This document shows, piece by piece, positions 1-12,935 of a DNA stretch of 64,000 nucleotides. This DNA comes from Octopus vulgaris. Lineage: Eukaryota. The notes under the pieces were generated by a model. The model was not told the DNA's origin. It made no database searches and was given only the letters and a program-made list of their open reading frames with translations. The position numbers and the translations under genes are program-made. Location: contig OX597816.1 in assembly GCA_951406725.2 (NCBI GenBank), positions 95,604,001 through 95,668,000 on the forward strand, in the 5' to 3' direction. Position 1 is the stretch's first letter, and the number at the start of each line of letters is the position of its first letter.

Positions 1-304
1 GGGTCATTCGGAGCCTTCAATCTTCAGTTGAGTACAATATTGTCTTTGCAGTTACGGCCGGTTACTCTCGAGAGTAATCGGCCGAAACTGCAAAGACTAT
101 CTTGTACTCGGCTGAAGACTGAAAGCTCCGAATGACCCGTCCCAGAGTAACCGGCCGAAACTGCAAAGACGATCTGGTATCGATTGAAGATTGGAAGCTC
201 CGAATGACCCATTCCTGTTTTTTCCTGTCCTTTTATGTATCGTCTATCTGTCCTAATGTTTTGTCGTCGCCTGTTACGCTCTTGTTCCAAATTTGGTTTT
301 GTTT

Positions 305-305
<1 letters not shown>
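1..305. repeat. Palindromic/tandem ~68-bp repeat unit, probably a Penelope-like terminal repeat remnant
   Basis: 1-69 is the imperfect reverse complement of 70-138 (centre GTTACTCTC|GAGAGTAAT). A third direct unit lies at ~144-210, followed by a T-rich tail. Units contain GAAAC and CTGAAGA. Confidence 0.55.
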
Positions 306-346
<41 letters not shown>

Positions 347-609
347 CTTATTGCAGTATAGAATATGGATTGGATTCATAGTATGGTGTGGCTATCAGAG
401 AAAGTTCCTCTAAGGGACTCGGTTACCAGACCACATGGTAATCCTGTACAGAGAAGTGTAATGTAGAGTGTCCAAGCAGGTGAAATTCAGAAAAGCTTTT
501 CAATGAAAGCATTTCACTCACACACACACACATACACACAATAATAATAATAATCATAACAACAACAACAACAATAATAATAAAAACAACAACAATAATA
601 ATTAAATAG

Positions 610-1115
610 TGCCCTGGTGGCTTTTGATCTTAATTGATTGGAAGTGTTATCATGTACATGTTTTATCTTGGTATAGAAGATGGGCTACAACAAATATTCT
701 GCTCAATACCATAGATCTACTCGTCAGTTGCTTGACCATAACCAGTTGAGTATGCTCTTTACTGACCTCTGATTACGAGCAGAAGTAAGTGGGAAGCATC
801 ATAGCCACGTGTTGAGAGAAATTCTTTAGGGTTTGAATAATTCACCTCGGGCAACATCTGTGTTTCGTTCAGCAACTTTAAACAACTATTAATCAGGGTC
901 ATTTTGAGCGGGGTAGGCTACACAACCAGAAGCAATTTCCAACAGGGGCCCACCTGCAAGGTTATGTGTTGTTTATCTTCATATGAGATCACCATGTCGC
1001 ACATATATAGTTGTGATGTTTGTGCCTGGTTTACACTTAGACGCGTAGTCATGATGGGTATATTGGGCATTGTATGTTTGTAAGCCAGTATCGCTTTGAT
1101 GGCATGCGCTGCTCT
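610..1115. mobile_element. ~500-bp non-coding interspersed element, copy 1 (more diverged), flanked by (AAT)n
   Basis: Colinear with 1238-1790 (GATCTTAA.TGATTGGAAGTGTTATCAT ... GGGCCC(C)ACCTGCAAGG ... TTTGATGGCATG). Confidence 0.75.
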
Positions 1116-1125
1116 TAATAATAAG

Positions 1126-1197
<72 letters not shown>

Positions 1198-1200
1198 GTA

Positions 1201-1237
<37 letters not shown>

Positions 1238-1239
<2 letters not shown>

Positions 1240-1790
1240 GCCCTGATGCAGTACCAGGCAGTGGCTCTCATGGCTTCTGATCTTAACTGATTGGAAGTGT
1301 TATCATATATGTTTCACCTTGGTATAGAAGATGGGCTACAGCAAATATTCTGCTCAATATCACAGATTTGCTTGTCAGTTGTTTGACCTTAACCAGTTGA
1401 GCATGTCCCTTAGTGGCTGACGATATGTGCATCTCTGATCACGAGCAGAAGTAGTGGGGGAGTATCATAGCCATGTGTTGAGAGGGATTCTTTGGGGTTT
1501 GAATAATTCACCTCTGGAAACATGGGTGGTTCTTTCAACATCCTTAACCAACACTTATTCAGAGACCTTTTGAGCGGGATGGGCTACTCAACCTGAAGAA
1601 AATTCTAACTGGGCCCCACCTGCAAGGTCATGTGCTGTTTATCTTGATATGAGATCACCATGTCGCGCACATATGGTTGTGATGCATGTGCCTGGTGTAC
1701 CCTTATCAGACGGGTAGTCATGATGGGTATATTGGGCTTCGTATATTTTACCCCAGTGTCACTTTGATGGCATGAACTGCTCTCTCACTC
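1238..1790. mobile_element. ~550-bp non-coding interspersed element, copy 2, flanked by (AAT)n
   Basis: Direct repeat of 610-1115 with long (AAT)n tracts on both sides (1116-1237, 1791-1893). Confidence 0.75.
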
Positions 1791-2233
<443 letters not shown>

Positions 2234-2236
2234 AAT

Positions 2237-2458
2237 ATGGGGACAGTATCAGAAGGCATCAAGAGGAATATAAAAGGAATTGGAATAGAGTGCCCAATAG
2301 AACTGTTACCAAGGTTTTGTCTCCTTGGCACGCCCAGAATAATCAGGAAAGATTATTATTAGGCGGGTCTTAAGCGCTTGAAATTACAGGTAATAACCCT
2401 CTACCCACATAAATTCTATCAGGAATTAGAACGAGCATGAGCCATATCAATAATAATA
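2237..2458 (+). mobile_element. 3' end of a second R4/Dong-clade family
   Basis: Translates MGTVSEGIKRNIKGIGIECPIELLPRFCLLGTPRIIRK (cf. QKxxLLGTARIIRK), with a different 3' UTR and a short AAT tail. Confidence 0.65.
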
Positions 2459-2459
2459 G

Positions 2460-2652
2460 TAGTTTCAAATTTTGATACAAGGTCAGCAATTTCAAGGGAG
2501 GGGATAAGTCGATTACATCGACTCCATTGCTCAACTGGTACATTGTTTTATCAACCCCGAAAGGATGATAGGCAATTCTGACCTTGGTGGAATTTGAACT
2601 CAGAGCGTAATGATCGACGAAATGCAACTAAGCATTTTGCCAGACGTCCTAA
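2460..2652 (-). mobile_element. tRNA-derived SINE, family B
   Basis: Minus strand has a B-box-like GAGTTCAAATTCC and the central block GCCT.TCATCCTTTCGGGGT.GATAAA shared with copies at 8.0, 21.6, 35.8 and 58.3 kb. Confidence 0.7.
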
Positions 2653-2726
2653 TACATACATACACACGCACACACTTAGATACACACACACATATACAAG
2701 AAACTTACATTTTTCTAAGATTTGCT

Positions 2727-3087
2727 AGGCGCAGGAGTGGTTTTGTGGTAAGTAGCTTGCTTACCAACCACATGGTTCCGGGTTCAGTCCCACTGCGTGG
2801 CACCTTGGGCAAGTGTCTTCTACTATAGCCTCGGGCCGACCAAAGCCTTATAAGTGGATTTGGTTGACGGAAACTGAAAGAAGCTCGTCGTATATATGTA
2901 TATGTATATTTTTTTCTCTGTGTTTGTCCTCCCAACATCGCTTGACATCCGATGCTGGTGTGTTTACGTCCACATAACTTAGTGGTTCGGCAAAAGAGAC
3001 CGATAGAATCAGTACTAGGCTTACAAATAATAAGTTCTGGGGTCGATTTGCTCGACTAAATGACTGAAACAAGTAAAAGAGTAAAGA
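2727..3087 (+). mobile_element. tRNA-derived SINE, family A (near full length, internal TA/TG microsatellite)
   Basis: Head AGGCGCAGGAGTGG...GGTTCAGTCCC, CORE-like ACCTTGGGCAAGTG, tail GTAAAAGA repeats. Further copies at 24.5, 31.9, 51.1, 52.0 and 61.6 kb. Confidence 0.85.
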
Positions 3088-3764
3088 TAGTATGCTCTTG
3101 CATGCACAAAAATATATTCACGCAAAGTCTATTGTTTCATATCATTAGTGCACTTCTCACTTCCCATTCAAGATATCTATTAATTATTTGAGGTTTGCAG
3201 AGGTAGAATTATTTAGCAATATGTTTGTTACTATTTAATCAAAATAGCTATTATTCAATTAGTTACTCAACTACAGTAAAAAAAAGCTATTAGAAACACC
3301 TTCTGCACGAATAAGTAAATCGGAAACGGTTTCTACATGGAATACAAATTATAAACAATAATTCAGTTAACATATTGAATGCAGAGATTATCGAAAAACT
3401 TAATTGAGAATATTCATGTGTTGGTGGAAAACCAATACTAGTCCGTGTTTAATATTTATAATTTTTCCAGTAATAAAGAGAAAAATGTTATGGCATGTTT
3501 TGATTTCATTTTGACCTTATTCACCATACAGGAGTAGAGATAGAAAAATCACTCAGTGTATGTACACGAATGTAGATTGATTGACGTTTGAAAATGAAAC
3601 TGTTTACAGAATAAATAACTGGCAGATAAGTTAGTGTATACAATATTTAATGCTAGGGAGTATTAAGAATATTATATTTCGGGACGGTCATTTTTAATAG
3701 TTTTGCCAAATAAACACAGGCATGTATATATTCGGTCTTCACTTCTGCTTTTTAGTGTCCTCTC

Positions 3765-3806
3765 GCTGAAATCTTTCGTTACACATCCTGCGATCTCTTC
3801 AGCAAC
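3765..3806 (-). ncRNA. Degenerate minimal type I hammerhead ribozyme motif (Penelope-type)
   Basis: Minus strand reads GTTG-CTGAAGA-GATCGCAGGATGTGTAAC-GAAA-GATTT-CAGC. Stem I is GTTG/CAGC; stem II is decayed. Confidence 0.45.
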
Positions 3807-4239
3807 TCTCCATTCCACGTGTCTCCCCCTGTTCTGTTTAGCCCACCATGTCTTTCAATGATGTGTATCCTTATTCGCGCATGTGTTTGCGACTGTATCT
3901 GTGTGTGTTTGCGCGCACGCGTGTCTATGTCTTTTATATGTATATTTTGTGTGTATATGGATTTGCTTATTAAGAACCTAATTAGAAATTACTATACAGT
4001 AAGTATAAAGTAAAATCAGTGTCTAATTCTTCTCCCATTTAACACCAACTTACATATCTTTTCACTTGACAATGGTTTGTCGGAATTAATCGTTTCTAAT
4101 TAGTATAAGAATGATACCATGTTTAATTTACTCAAGAATAATATTATAATAAAATTGAAGATATGGATATCTTTCCTAGATTCCTATGCTACGTACTCTT
4201 TATCCTATCTTGAATTAAATATGTTAATACTTACTCAAC

Positions 4240-4329
4240 TGTGTAACTGTGAGTTAACACGTCACATTTCGTAAGGTATATAGTTGTGTAACTGTGAGTT
4301 AGCACGTCACATTTCGTAAGATGTATAGT
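4240..4329. repeat. 45-bp tandem duplication
   Basis: TGTGTAACTGTGAGTTA.CACGTCACATTTCGTAAG.T.TATAGT occurs twice head to tail. Confidence 0.9.
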
Positions 4330-4789
4330 TTGTTTTATATTTTAAGCAAAAGTTATTCAAACAGTACACACGCACACAAACACACAAACACATATATATA
4401 AGTATGTATGTATGTATGTATGTATGTCTATTTACAATCAAACCAGAGATTAAAATCTTAATTCTTATGGAGGATAGGATAAATGCTGCATAGCGAACCA
4501 GAACTGGATTGACACTTTTATATATTACAGTATATAATCATTAGAGTTTCTAGACGAAAGCAAAAAAAAAAAGTATTCAATACCTGATGTAGAGTTTAAC
4601 ACTTTCTGTGTTGTATACACGGGGACGCACATACACACATATACTCACACATGCGTTTTAATTGTTTTTGGTTACCATAATTTCATTTGAAATATGTCGC
4701 CATATGTTGCAAGTTTTTACCGGTTGTTCAGTGTCTCCCATTAAATTTAGGGACTCGGCTTAATCTTGTTAATTAATTCTAGCCATAAT

Positions 4790-5290
<501 letters not shown>

Positions 5291-6952
5291 GCTGATTGCT
5301 TCTGGTAATAATGTATCCAGGAAAATACTTCGAGGTAAGACCTGAGTATTCACCTTCTGGTCCTTCCAGCCGATGCTGTTTCGTCGAAAAGAAAACTGTT
5401 CTATGTGCAATTCTCTACACATTTCACTCACTATAATTGATTCTTGAGGCGATGGGAAATGGTGGAACATAAAGCGTCATCCATTAGGAAGGATGTAAAT
5501 TGAAAACCTGCTGGTATGTGGCTTGGAATATTTGTCTCTTCTTTCCCCAATGATACGATTAAGGTATTAGGCATTACCTCTCATGATTGAGTAACCTTTT
5601 CCAAGGGTAATACTTTTCCTCTCTTAATACGAACGGACTTAGATTAGGTGGTACAAACATTATTCGCCTAATTCTGGAATTGCAAACTTGTGGTTGGTGT
5701 TTCTCCACTTTTACAACATTCTAAGAAGTTTTAGTATTTAACCACAATTTGAGTTCCACTATACATGTAGTATTAAGTTGGTTTAATAATGTTTTTTCAA
5801 TTCGCTGCAGAAACACGACATCTGGGTCCGTTTTCACTATGTGGAATTTTGGGAAAGTGTCTTATCGAGTCTTCAATGAAATTGGGTTGACAGAAACTCT
5901 GCAGAGTCTCATCGGATCATTTGTAATTGTAACTTATCAATTCAGTTTCATAATACACTGCCGCGCTAATACTGACAGAGGATTACGTTGAACTCACCTT
6001 AACATACAATACACAGTTGACAGGCCATCTTTATGGTCGGTAAATATAAGATGGCTCCACCGAGATGAATTGAAGAGAGCTGCTATCAAGAGAAACAGGA
6101 TTTCGTATGACTGCCATGTGTTTTTAGGAGTTCCAGAGTAATGACATTTATTTTCATCGACTTAAATCTGTCCGTAAGAAATATGGGAATATTGAACCAT
6201 TGAAATTATATTTTCTGTAACGTTAAGTTGAACATTTGCTTATGCATCTTGGAGAGTAAGGGCAACTTGAAGGTAATTTGATAGAGGGAGAAATACTATC
6301 ACAGAATAATTTTAGGTTTCGATCTGCTAGAAATAGCTGCCAAAATTCCTTAAAACTGATACACTGAATAACATTATCTTAGATACACAAACTTTGAAAT
6401 TGCGAATGGAATAATCATTGTTCGAATGTTTTTTTATTTTTTTTTTATTAAATATCTATTCGATCTAGACTGAAAAAGAAATAATCAAAAACAATGACGT
6501 GGATTTGCATCTCATTCATATATTATGATTTGACTCACAAATAAGGGGGCACTCCCAACGACAGGAAAGCTATCCTTATTACTTAGTTTTAAATGTGTAT
6601 CATGATAAGCAGATCGACAAAAGGTTTACAAAGTTCACTAGCAACAGCTTAAGTCGACATGAATAAACAAATTGACACAACATTTCAGACGAGTTCAATG
6701 CGATAGATATTTACACTGCATTGAAACCTCAGGCTTGATTTCGGCCTTAAATAAGTAATTGGATTAGAGGAACAACCCGATATCTGAAACTTCATACAGG
6801 ATTTTCTATCCAATATCAAATATAGTATCGAGGATGTTTGTTTTTAGATTTCCTTGATTTGATGTTCTAATAACTATAATAATGTCAATAAAAATATTAT
6901 AGCCGAGAAAATTTTAAAAGGAAAAAAAGCACCTAAGGTTAGAATTAGGAAC

Positions 6953-7185
<233 letters not shown>

Positions 7186-7189
7186 GGCA

Positions 7190-7580
7190 AAACCCCCAGG
7201 AAAAATATAATAAGCAGAATATATGAAAAACTTGAAGAAAATGTGGATATTGGGAATAAGCAATTAAACCAAATACAGACTTTGAGATACTGTGAAATTA
7301 ATGAATCAGACAGACATTATGTGCACATAAAGGCAAATGTTAGGAACGATTATTATAGACGCTTTATAATAATACTTAAAACAGAGCTAAATGTAAGAAA
7401 TCGGGGTAATAGGCATTAATACTTTAGCTATCTCAGAAATATGTTATAATTATATTCTCAAATGGGCGCTAAATAAATTAACTGGGTTAGACATGAAAAA
7501 TCAAGCAAAATAACGACTGTATTTAGAATATGGCAGACCAAATCTGACACGCAAAGATTATATTTACCGGGAATACCGCA
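7190..7580 (+). mobile_element. Decayed R4/Dong-clade RT C-terminal fragment
   Basis: HIKANVRNDYYRRFIIILKTELNVRN, then after frameshifts INTLAI and SDTQRLYLP, matching R4/Dong EYxxRxRxILKxELNxxNxxxAIN ... RLYLPR. Confidence 0.65.
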
Positions 7581-8011
7581 AAAAATATTATAAAATATAT
7601 TTACCAAGAATGCGTAAAATATATAAAATATTCACGCTTGAATCATAAAAATATTGGTAAGAAAAATGGAAAAGTAATAGACATAACAGCAAAATGAAAA
7701 TAACAAAAACAAAAAAAGACACTGTCTTTTACCTTCTAAAAACTAAAAACATACAAAACAAAGGTTGAAATAATAGATATGTCCGAAGAGAAATGAAGTG
7801 GGATACAAATTGTAAAAGGAAAAAAAAAAAGAAAAATGAAAAATAGAATAGAAAAATAGCTAAGTTGATGTTTTGAATTATGAAGCTAAAATGAAGAGTT
7901 ACAAACGTTCCTTATTGACCAATCATAAAGTAAATGAAGCGCAGAGGGCATAAGTTTGACTGAATAACAGATCAAATCCTTTCTACAAGAAACTACCAAT
8001 AATACATAAGC

Positions 8012-8225
8012 TTTTCTACGGTAGACACAAGACCTGAAATTTGGGGTCAAGGGACTAGTCGATTACATCGACCGCAGTATTCAACAGCTGCTCATTTCAT
8101 CAACCCCCAAAGAATGAAAGGCGAAACCGACCTCGTCGGATTTTGAGCTCAGAACATAAAGACGGACGAAATACCGCTGAGCCTTTTGTCCAGCGTGTTG
8201 ACGATTGTAGCATTTCATCGCCTTC
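8012..8225 (-). mobile_element. SINE family B
   Basis: Colinear with 2460-2652 (GTCGATTACATCGAC, GAAAGGCGAAACCGACCTCG, GACGGACGAAATACCGCT). Confidence 0.7.
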
Positions 8226-8406
8226 ACCAATGGTATATAATACAGTAACATAGATAGGATGAATCTCGATCAGAATTTCCGAACATGAATGTACAGTTTT
8301 GCGATCAACTGAACAACCAGGCTCATTATATTAGCGTGCAAATTGTTAACTATTCTAGAGACACATGTACTTATAGTATAATTATCAAATTGAATTACAT
8401 GGCACG

Positions 8407-8596
8407 TGTGACATAGACTTCTATAGTTTCTGTGGAACCAATTTTATTAACATCGAATGATGTCTTTTATCGCGTCTTAAGGTGAGTTCAATGTAATAAT
8501 GATAACTTCAGCAAGTATCATTTTCTGTGGCTTCAGGTTGACCCATTCGATGTTAATTAAATTGGTTCCACAGAAACTATAGAAGTCCATGTCACA
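8407..8596. repeat. 53-bp inverted repeat with 84-bp spacer
   Basis: TGTGACATAGACTTCTATAGTTTCTGTGGAACCAATTTTATTAACATCGAATG (8407-8459) vs its near-perfect reverse complement at 8544-8596. Confidence 0.9.
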
Positions 8597-8679
8597 GTTC
8601 CGCTTCATTAAGCGGATACGAAACCTAGATTTCAAAGCAAACCTTTTTAACTAATTGGCCATACTGCACCTGAAGTAGT

Positions 8680-8796
8680 GTGCACAGCACCTAGGTTTCC
8701 CAGGTGGTCACTCATCTAAGTACTAATCTGGTTCGACGTTGGTAAACTTCTGTAACCGAATGACAACCAGAATGTTCAACTGATATGGATGTAAGC
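8680..8796 (-). pseudogene. 5S rRNA pseudogene (full length, decayed)
   Basis: Minus strand GCTTACATCCATATCAGTTGAAC...GAAGTTTACCAACGTCGAACCAGATTAGTACTTAGATGAGTGACCACCTGGGAAACCTAGGTGCTGT is colinear with metazoan 5S rRNA. Many differences are transitions consistent with CpG decay; box A and box C are mutated. Confidence 0.85.
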
Positions 8797-9499
8797 GAAG
8801 CAGAGTAGATTAAGGACCAGCATAATATGGGGAAATTCAGAAGAAACAATTGATCACCATGTCTCTGCATGCTCAAGAAAGAATTCGTCTATTGGTGCGA
8901 TCGAGTTGGAACATAAACTTCATTTTATATAAGTAATATGAAATTGTGACAAGAAAAAGGCGGTAGAAAGATAAACTACAAAAGATCTTGGGAATGTTAA
9001 TGTAATCTTACTATAAGATATATCAATACACATAGACAAAGAAGATCAAGTCTTATGAACAGAATGGTATCAAGAGCAATCCTGAAAGAATGTATTACCT
9101 GGCTGAAGTATGAATCCACTCAGCTATGGATACATTACTCAAGAATAAAAATTTAGAAATAAAGATAGCTAGAAAATGAAGATTGGAAAGAAAACCATCT
9201 ATAGTAATCAAGTGTTGGGAAATGTGAAAAAGATTTGCACACAAATACATTAACCAAACTCTAGGGCATAAAAATATGCAAATCACTATTAAACATTCCA
9301 TAGAAATTATGTAGATTACTTTAATAGAATAGAGTATAGAAACCCAATAAAAAAAATATAAAGGGAAACACTGCACATTCAATTAGTATACAGATATACA
9401 CGAAAGAAAATGCTGCATATTCCCTTAGTATACAGCGTATCCTTTCTGTTCGAATACACATCCACTCACTTCTGCATACTCTACATGCCCGATATTTTC

Positions 9500-10420
9500 A
9501 AATAAACGTGCTTACTAATTCCTGCTGCGTTTCGTGAAATTTGGTAAGGTTACTACTAATGTAGCCATTCGTATTTGGTGCCTCAAACAGTACATGAAAT
9601 TCATTTGCGTTTCCGATCCGGAAACCACTCCCAGTAGATTAACACACCAAATATCTTTGGAAATACAGCAAAATGTCCGTCGAAAAATGTGTGCATCGTC
9701 ATCGTCCCGTAAAACATTCTCAACATATTGCCGCTCATAACCACCATTAATGCCTTATAGAATGCAAGGCTGCAATGGTTGATACGGGATGTAAGCGTCT
9801 AGCACAATTTCAGTCGTTATGTCAAATGTCTATTTTCAGCGTACGCTTCATACAGAACTGCAGCTCAGTCAAACTGACAAGTTAGGGAAATACGTGACTT
9901 AAACGTGACAACCAGACCTGCTCATCGTCGCAACTACTATATGCATGGGATCTATGGAAAGGCTATTAGAGACCGGAATCCTAACGACTTGGAATCAACC
10001 ACTTTCAAAGACTCGTAAGTGATGATGCTCCTGTCTGACAAGATGTTCTTTGCGGTAAAGCACAATGTCAGTCGGTACTACTTCAGCAAATCACATGAGA
10101 TATTCGCTACATCTGCTCAACATTTCACAGATAGATTCCTTTCAGCTGTTTCTGTGACATTTGCTACACCACTAGTAATGATTAATATGATTTTCCTCTC
10201 CTGCGAGTACTAATCATATATCGCATATTTTAACGGGACACCCAAAATCCAAAGACAAACGCCAACCAGAAAGTTCTGAGTCGCAAGCCCGCCGATTAAC
10301 GGCGAGTGTTATCACCAAATATTCCACACTTGGTGTGAAACCCTCCGATTCCCAGCGGGATCAAATCCATGATGGTGCGGTCGACAATGCATTCAGACAC
10401 TCTTCTTGCTGCATCCTAAA
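9500..10420 (-). mobile_element. Very old CR1/L2-like LINE RT remnant
   Basis: Fragmentary minus-strand translation (ESLKVVDS..LG, then an FYKA-type C-terminal segment) with many stops; recognition is by eye only. Confidence 0.35.
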
Positions 10421-11131
10421 CACAGCTGAACTACCCACAAAATAGCCACTTCCCAAAGCAAAACCCAGGAACAAATTAATAATTAAAACTCTGCAGATAG
10501 TTTTAGAAGTATAAAACGTAAAGTCGAATTAAGTGTGATGGAAAGTACAGGGGCTACAAAATCGTCTGAAACTTATTTTGTCTGACACTCTACTGCTTCT
10601 TTTATTACTCTAATGCTAACGATAAAAGTAGAAATATATGTTTATCCTATATTCAAACGCACTATAGTCAATTAATTAATCTTTCCTCACAGCAGGTAAA
10701 AGTCAATTTAATGCAAACTAAGATTAATAAATCATCGTTACACTTGGCTGACCTTAGAAGTCACATTGATCTAATTTTATAAATACTTTTTCATAACGTG
10801 AAACACGGATTATGGCGACAAAGAAACGTATTACATTCCTCAACAATGGCTTCATATTATCTTGCAGTTTTGCAACAGAACTATATATGTGAATCTGTTA
10901 TAATACCTCAACTGATTCACATGTAAATTCCGTGCTGTCCCTTTTGCCCTGAAGATATTTCTCTCAAAACCTTAAAAATGCAAAATTGTGTCATTTTATA
11001 TATTTTGTAATTTGTATTGAGTGTAAATTGAAACGATTGTAGGTAATGTTAGTTAATTAAAAATTAATTTATATCTACTATATCTCTCAATAATAAATCT
11101 TAGAGCGAGTTATAAACAGTAGCTGCAACAC

Positions 11132-11359
11132 ATCGTGACGTATATTTGCCATTTCAATATGGCTAACCCCTAAGGGTGGATGCTACTGTAGTTTGTAGCC
11201 CCAGGAGGACACCTCCTCCAGCTGGCTTTAGACACACTTTCTGTGCCCTATCAGTGTGTCTAAAGCCACCTGGAGGAGGTGTCCTCCTGGGGCTATAAAC
11301 TACAGTAGCATCCACCCTTAGGGGTTAGCCATATTTAAATGGCAAATATACGTCACGAT
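11132..11359. repeat. Near-perfect 107-bp-arm palindrome (fold-back)
   Basis: Arms 11132-11238 and 11253-11359, 14-nt loop, 3 mismatches counted by eye. Confidence 0.95.
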
Positions 11360-12825
11360 ATTATATCTCTATTTTCTTACTTAATGATATTACACACACA
11401 CACACACAAACATACACACACATATAAGTCTGTATGTATATCATTTAATAAACATAGGATTTAAATGTCACCTACTAGAAATGTTGTGCTAGGCTAGTAT
11501 AGTAATCGTACGAACTTGTATTTGCGTGTCGTGTATTATCTTGCAACACCTTAAACTCAAAATGAATATGGCTGATGGTTTGCTGAAAAATTAAACAGCA
11601 CTGTATAGATACTCCTCCGATTATTGTAATATGAAAGCGTTAAAATTATAGTAGCTCACATTTAAATCCTGTGTTTATTAAATTATATTTATCACTTGCT
11701 GGATGGAGAACTCTTTTGTTGGTTCGACCAACATATAACCTAGATCTAGGTTCAAACGCATTCTAGTCATTACTCAATCGATATTCCTAAGAGTTCGCTA
11801 TCTAAATCGCCTGACTCTTTTCAAAATAGAAGTGTGTAATTTGTGGGATTTTGATAGCTATTCTTACCAGACCTGGTAAACACGAGGTGGATTTCCTACG
11901 GCAGTTCTTTCAAAGTGAGCGGTAAGTGGATTGTAAGATCGTAATACAAGAAAGAAATGGCAATGTGCCAACTAAATGGCTACGTGTCAAGACTGGTGGC
12001 AGATTATCTCTTCAGTTAAATAACATTCGCTGACCAATATATGTAAATGTTTACATACCTATGTGTGCATGTGTAACAAATTTTCGCGTTAAATTTCTGT
12101 TAAAATATGATTCTATCTCAGGCACAATTTAGATTTATGAAATAGAAATGAGAAAAATGGTAATAGAGAAAGGAAATTAATTATCCAATGAACATGCGTA
12201 AATAGTCACATATTTTCCACCTAGTTCTTATCTCTATTCTGTAGTCTATATCACAAAATAATACATACATGTTCTATAGTTAGGCATACAGCCAGGTTTG
12301 TGCTGGAAAGAACTATAGTCGCTTAATTTTACTGGTTCTTGTTCTATTGATTTCGGAGCAAGGGTAATTAAGCTTAGCACTTGCGATATTTCGACTCAAA
12401 CTTAATAGGTTGAAAATATACACTGGAACGAAATTTGTTCTCAATTACCTCCGCTAGCCCAATTTATGCACCTATATTCATAGACTTTTTATATATTCTC
12501 TAACTATTGTAAGAGGCAATACTGCATATTCTTGGGATAAGAGTTTGATATAATTGATGGACGGAAATTGCAATTAGAGAATTGCTTGTAATAGTTTTTC
12601 GCAGACATGAAAAGAATTCATTAATACAGAACCATAACAAATTGAGACATGGTATCAGTCATATCTTTCTGAAAATTATAACAGTTAGTGGTCCAAATGC
12701 ATGCAAAAATTGATGCCTTCTTTCACATTCAATTTTCAGAGAGGAAATCAATCTGAAAATTTAAAGCATCAATCGCATCCAAATAGAACTACTGTGACGT
12801 AATGTGAAATACTCCAAGACCTAAC

Positions 12826-12935
12826 CCACACACACACACTCGCATGCACACACACACTCGCATGCACACACACACTCGCATGCACACACACACTCGCATG
12901 CACACACACACACACACATACACATACGCACGCAC
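12826..12935. repeat. 18-bp minisatellite (CACACACACACTCGCATG)x4 grown from a CA repeat
   Basis: Directly visible. Confidence 0.9.

Noticed and set aside
5340-6120. Moderately complex stretch that might be an exon or TE coding remnant (similar at 22560-23080 and 38200-39350)
   Set aside because: No frame gave a recognisable motif and all have stops; needs BLASTX/RepeatMasker.
8680-8796. Functional 5S rRNA gene
   Set aside because: Many substitutions including in box A and box C, no T-run terminator, and not in a tandem array.
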